From an uncultured delta proteobacterium (lineage in GTDB: Bacteria; Desulfobacterota; Zymogenia; Zymogenales; Zymogenaceae), in NCBI GenBank assembly GCA_963792965.1, contig CAWBYW010000016.1:266456-330455 (forward strand): a stretch of 64,000 bases of DNA, written 5' to 3'. Within the stretch, counting starts at the first letter, position 1. Each line of letters begins with the position of its first letter. This document shows positions 61,708 through 64,000 of this stretch, piece by piece. Position numbers and translations under genes: made by a program. The notes under the pieces are model-generated. The model was given only the letters and a program-made list of their open reading frames with translations, ran no database searches and was not told the DNA's origin.

Positions 61708-64000
61708 CGTGCTCCTATAGTTATAGTGCCAACCGTGCCGAGCTCTGTATCTTCTGATGAGAAGGCGAATACTTGATAGGTATAAGAGAGAGCAGGGTCA
61801 ATAACTTTATCAGCATAAGTGGTTCTTGTTTGGCTTGATAACGGAATGTTGTTGCGCATAATTTTATAATAGGCAGCACCTGGAAAAGCTGTCCACTTAA
61901 GTTGATAATAAACAAACTTGACGCCTAAGCCTTTCGCTTTTTTAACAGCCGCTGTTAATGTAGACGAACTTGTTACAGACAAGCTTGTAGCAGATGTTGT
62001 AACCGCATGGCTTGCAGAATCTGTTACTGTAAGAGTGACAGAATAAGTGTTAGCAGCTGTATAGGTATGGGTGGGATTGGCTAGAGTTGAAGTGTTTCCA
62101 TCTCCGAACGCCCAACTGTAGGTATAAGGGCCCGTTCCCCCGTGTACGCTCGGTGTGAACAAAAAACTAGTGACAGTGGTTCCCGATGTCGGGGTCACTG
62201 AAAATGAAGCGGTAAGAGGATCTGTCACAATAATGCTTGTGGGACCTGCTGTAGCCGTAATCACTTGCAGAATCTGTTACTGTAAGAGTGACAGAATAAG
62301 TGTTAGCAGATGTATAGGTATGGGTGGGATTGGCTAGAGTTGAAGTGTTTCCATCTCCGAACTCCAACTGTAGGTATAAGGGCCCGTTCTTTCGTGTACG
62401 CTCGGTGTGAACAAAACTAGTGACAGTGGTTCCCGATGTCGGGGTCACTAAAAATGAAGCGGTAAGAGGATCTGTCACAATAATGCTTGTGGTACTTCTT
62501 GCCCAGCCGTATGACTTGCAGAATCTGTTACTGTAAGAGTGACAGAGTAAGTGTTAGCAGATGCATAGGGATCAAGTGGATTGGCTAGAGTTGAAGTGTT
62601 TCCATCTCCGAACGCCCAACTGTAGGATAAGGGCCCGTCTCCTGTGTATGCTCGGTGTGAACAAAGGCAGTGACAGTGGTTCCCGATGTCGGGGTCACTG
62701 AAAATGAAGCGGTAAGAGGATCTGTCACAATAATGCTTGTGGGACCTGCTGTAGCCGTATGACTTGCAGAATCTGTTACTGTAAGAGTGACAGAAGAACA
62801 AGTGTTAGCAGATGTATAGGTATGGGTGGGATTGGCTAGAGTTGAGTGTTTCCATCTCCGAATGCCCAACTGTAGGTATAAGGGCCTGTTCCTCCGTGTA
62901 CGCTCGGTGTGAAACAAAACTAGTGACAGTGGTTCCCTATGTTGGGTCACTGAAAATGAAGCGGTAAGAGGATCTGTCACAATAATGCTTGTGGGACCTG
63001 CTGTAGCCGTATGACTTGCAGAATCTGTTACTGTAAGAGTGACAGAATAAGTGTTAGCAGATGTATAGGTATGGGGTGGGATTGGCTAGAGTTGAAGTGT
63101 TTCCATCTCCGAACGCCCAACTGTAGGCATAAGGGCCTGTTCCTCCGTTTACGCTCGGTGTGAATAAAAAACTAGTGACAGTGGTTCCCGATGTCGGGGT
63201 CACTGAAAATGAAGCGGTAAGAGGAATTGGTATCGATGAACCAATCGCAATAGTACAGCTGCAGAGTTACCCACAGGAATGGTAGCTGGAACTGTATTAT
63301 CTTTAGTGTTAATGACAGAGACAGTGCCGTCACTATAGTTTACAACGTAGGCAAAAATCCCAGAAGAGGTCTCCGCAATTGCAATAGCATAAGGGGAGGT
63401 ACCGACGTTAATGGCAGCTGAAACTGTATTGCTAGAGGTGTCAATGACAGAGACGGTACCATCATCATAGTTTGCAACGTAAGGCAAAAATCCCAAAAGA
63501 GGTCTCCGCAATTGCAATGGCAGAAGGGGCGTTACCCACATTAATGGTAGCTGAAACTGTATTGCTAGAGGTGTTAATGACAGAGACGGTACCATCACCA
63601 TTGTTTGCAACGTAGGCAAAAATCCCAGAAGAGGTCTCCGCAATTGCAATAGCAGGGCGGGCATCGACAGAAATGGTAGCTGAAACTGTATTGTAGGCGT
63701 TAATGACAGAGACGGTACCATCCCCATTGTTTGTAACGAGTGCAAAAATCCCAGAAAAGGTCTTAGCAATTGCAATGGCAGAAGGGGAGGTGCCTACATT
63801 AATGGTAGCTGAAACTGTATTGCTAGAGGTGTTAATGACAGAGACGGTACCATCACCATAGTTTGTAACGTAGGAAAATCCCAGAAGAGGTCTCCGCAAT
63901 TGCTAATAGCATAAGGGTGGTTACCTACAGGAATGGGAGCTGAAACTGTATTGCTAGAGGTGTTAATAACAGAGACGGTATCATCAATCTGGTTTGCACA
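61704..64000 (-). CDS. large surface protein: YVTN beta-propeller, 5 PKD domains and FN3-like C-terminus (multiple frameshifts; 5' end outside the window)
   Basis: AYV.N..DGTVSVI.T..NTV.ATI.VG..P units; YSWAFGDG.TST..NPTHTY....YSVTLTVTDS units; LKW....A.YY.I.RN....Y.D......YTYQV tail. Confidence 0.85.
61990..63225 (-). repeat. five near-identical ~252-bp tandem repeats (PKD domains)
   Basis: Anchor AAAATGAAGC at 62201, 62451, 62701, 62953 and 63206. Confidence 0.9.
63245..64000 (-). repeat. at least six ~132-bp tandem repeats (YVTN propeller blades)
   Basis: Anchor (G/A)ACAGAGAC at 63314, 63446, 63579, 63705, 63837 and 63968. Confidence 0.88.

Noticed and set aside
61990-64000. Tandem repeats as a CRISPR array or non-coding repeat array
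   Set aside because: The units are about 252 and 132 bp (multiples of 3), lack unique spacers, and translate to PKD and YVTN domains.

Overview
A high-GC chromosome segment, most consistent with an anaerobic Desulfobacterota/'Deltaproteobacteria' genome (split Fo operon, dksA, ahbB-hemL, DUF1844, ispE-spoVG-tRNA-Gln-prs-rplY-pth; taxonomy is inference). It spans the replication origin (DnaA boxes on both sides of dnaA; dnaA-dnaN-gyrB-gyrA without recF or rpmH). It also carries housekeeping genes, fatty-acid/steroid-type catabolic genes (acyl-CoA ligase; a Cys-less thiolase pair plus two DUF35 proteins), bioenergetic genes (Fo a/c, K+-independent H+-PPase) and signalling genes. Many single-base frameshifts, including in gyrA and atpB, point to uncorrected long-read errors rather than pseudogenes. 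At about 61478 the sequence switches abruptly to AT-richer, error-rich DNA encoding a YVTN-propeller/PKD surface protein; genes on both sides are cut at this point, so it is probably an assembly chimera. The best biological lead is a shared 20-bp palindrome, TTGAATGA-N4-TCATTCAT (resembling the Bacillus FadR/YsiA acyl-CoA-sensing TetR box), at identical spacing in the promoters of the Fo ATP synthase operon and hppA. No CRISPR array, prophage or IS was seen. All calls are by eye, with no database searches.
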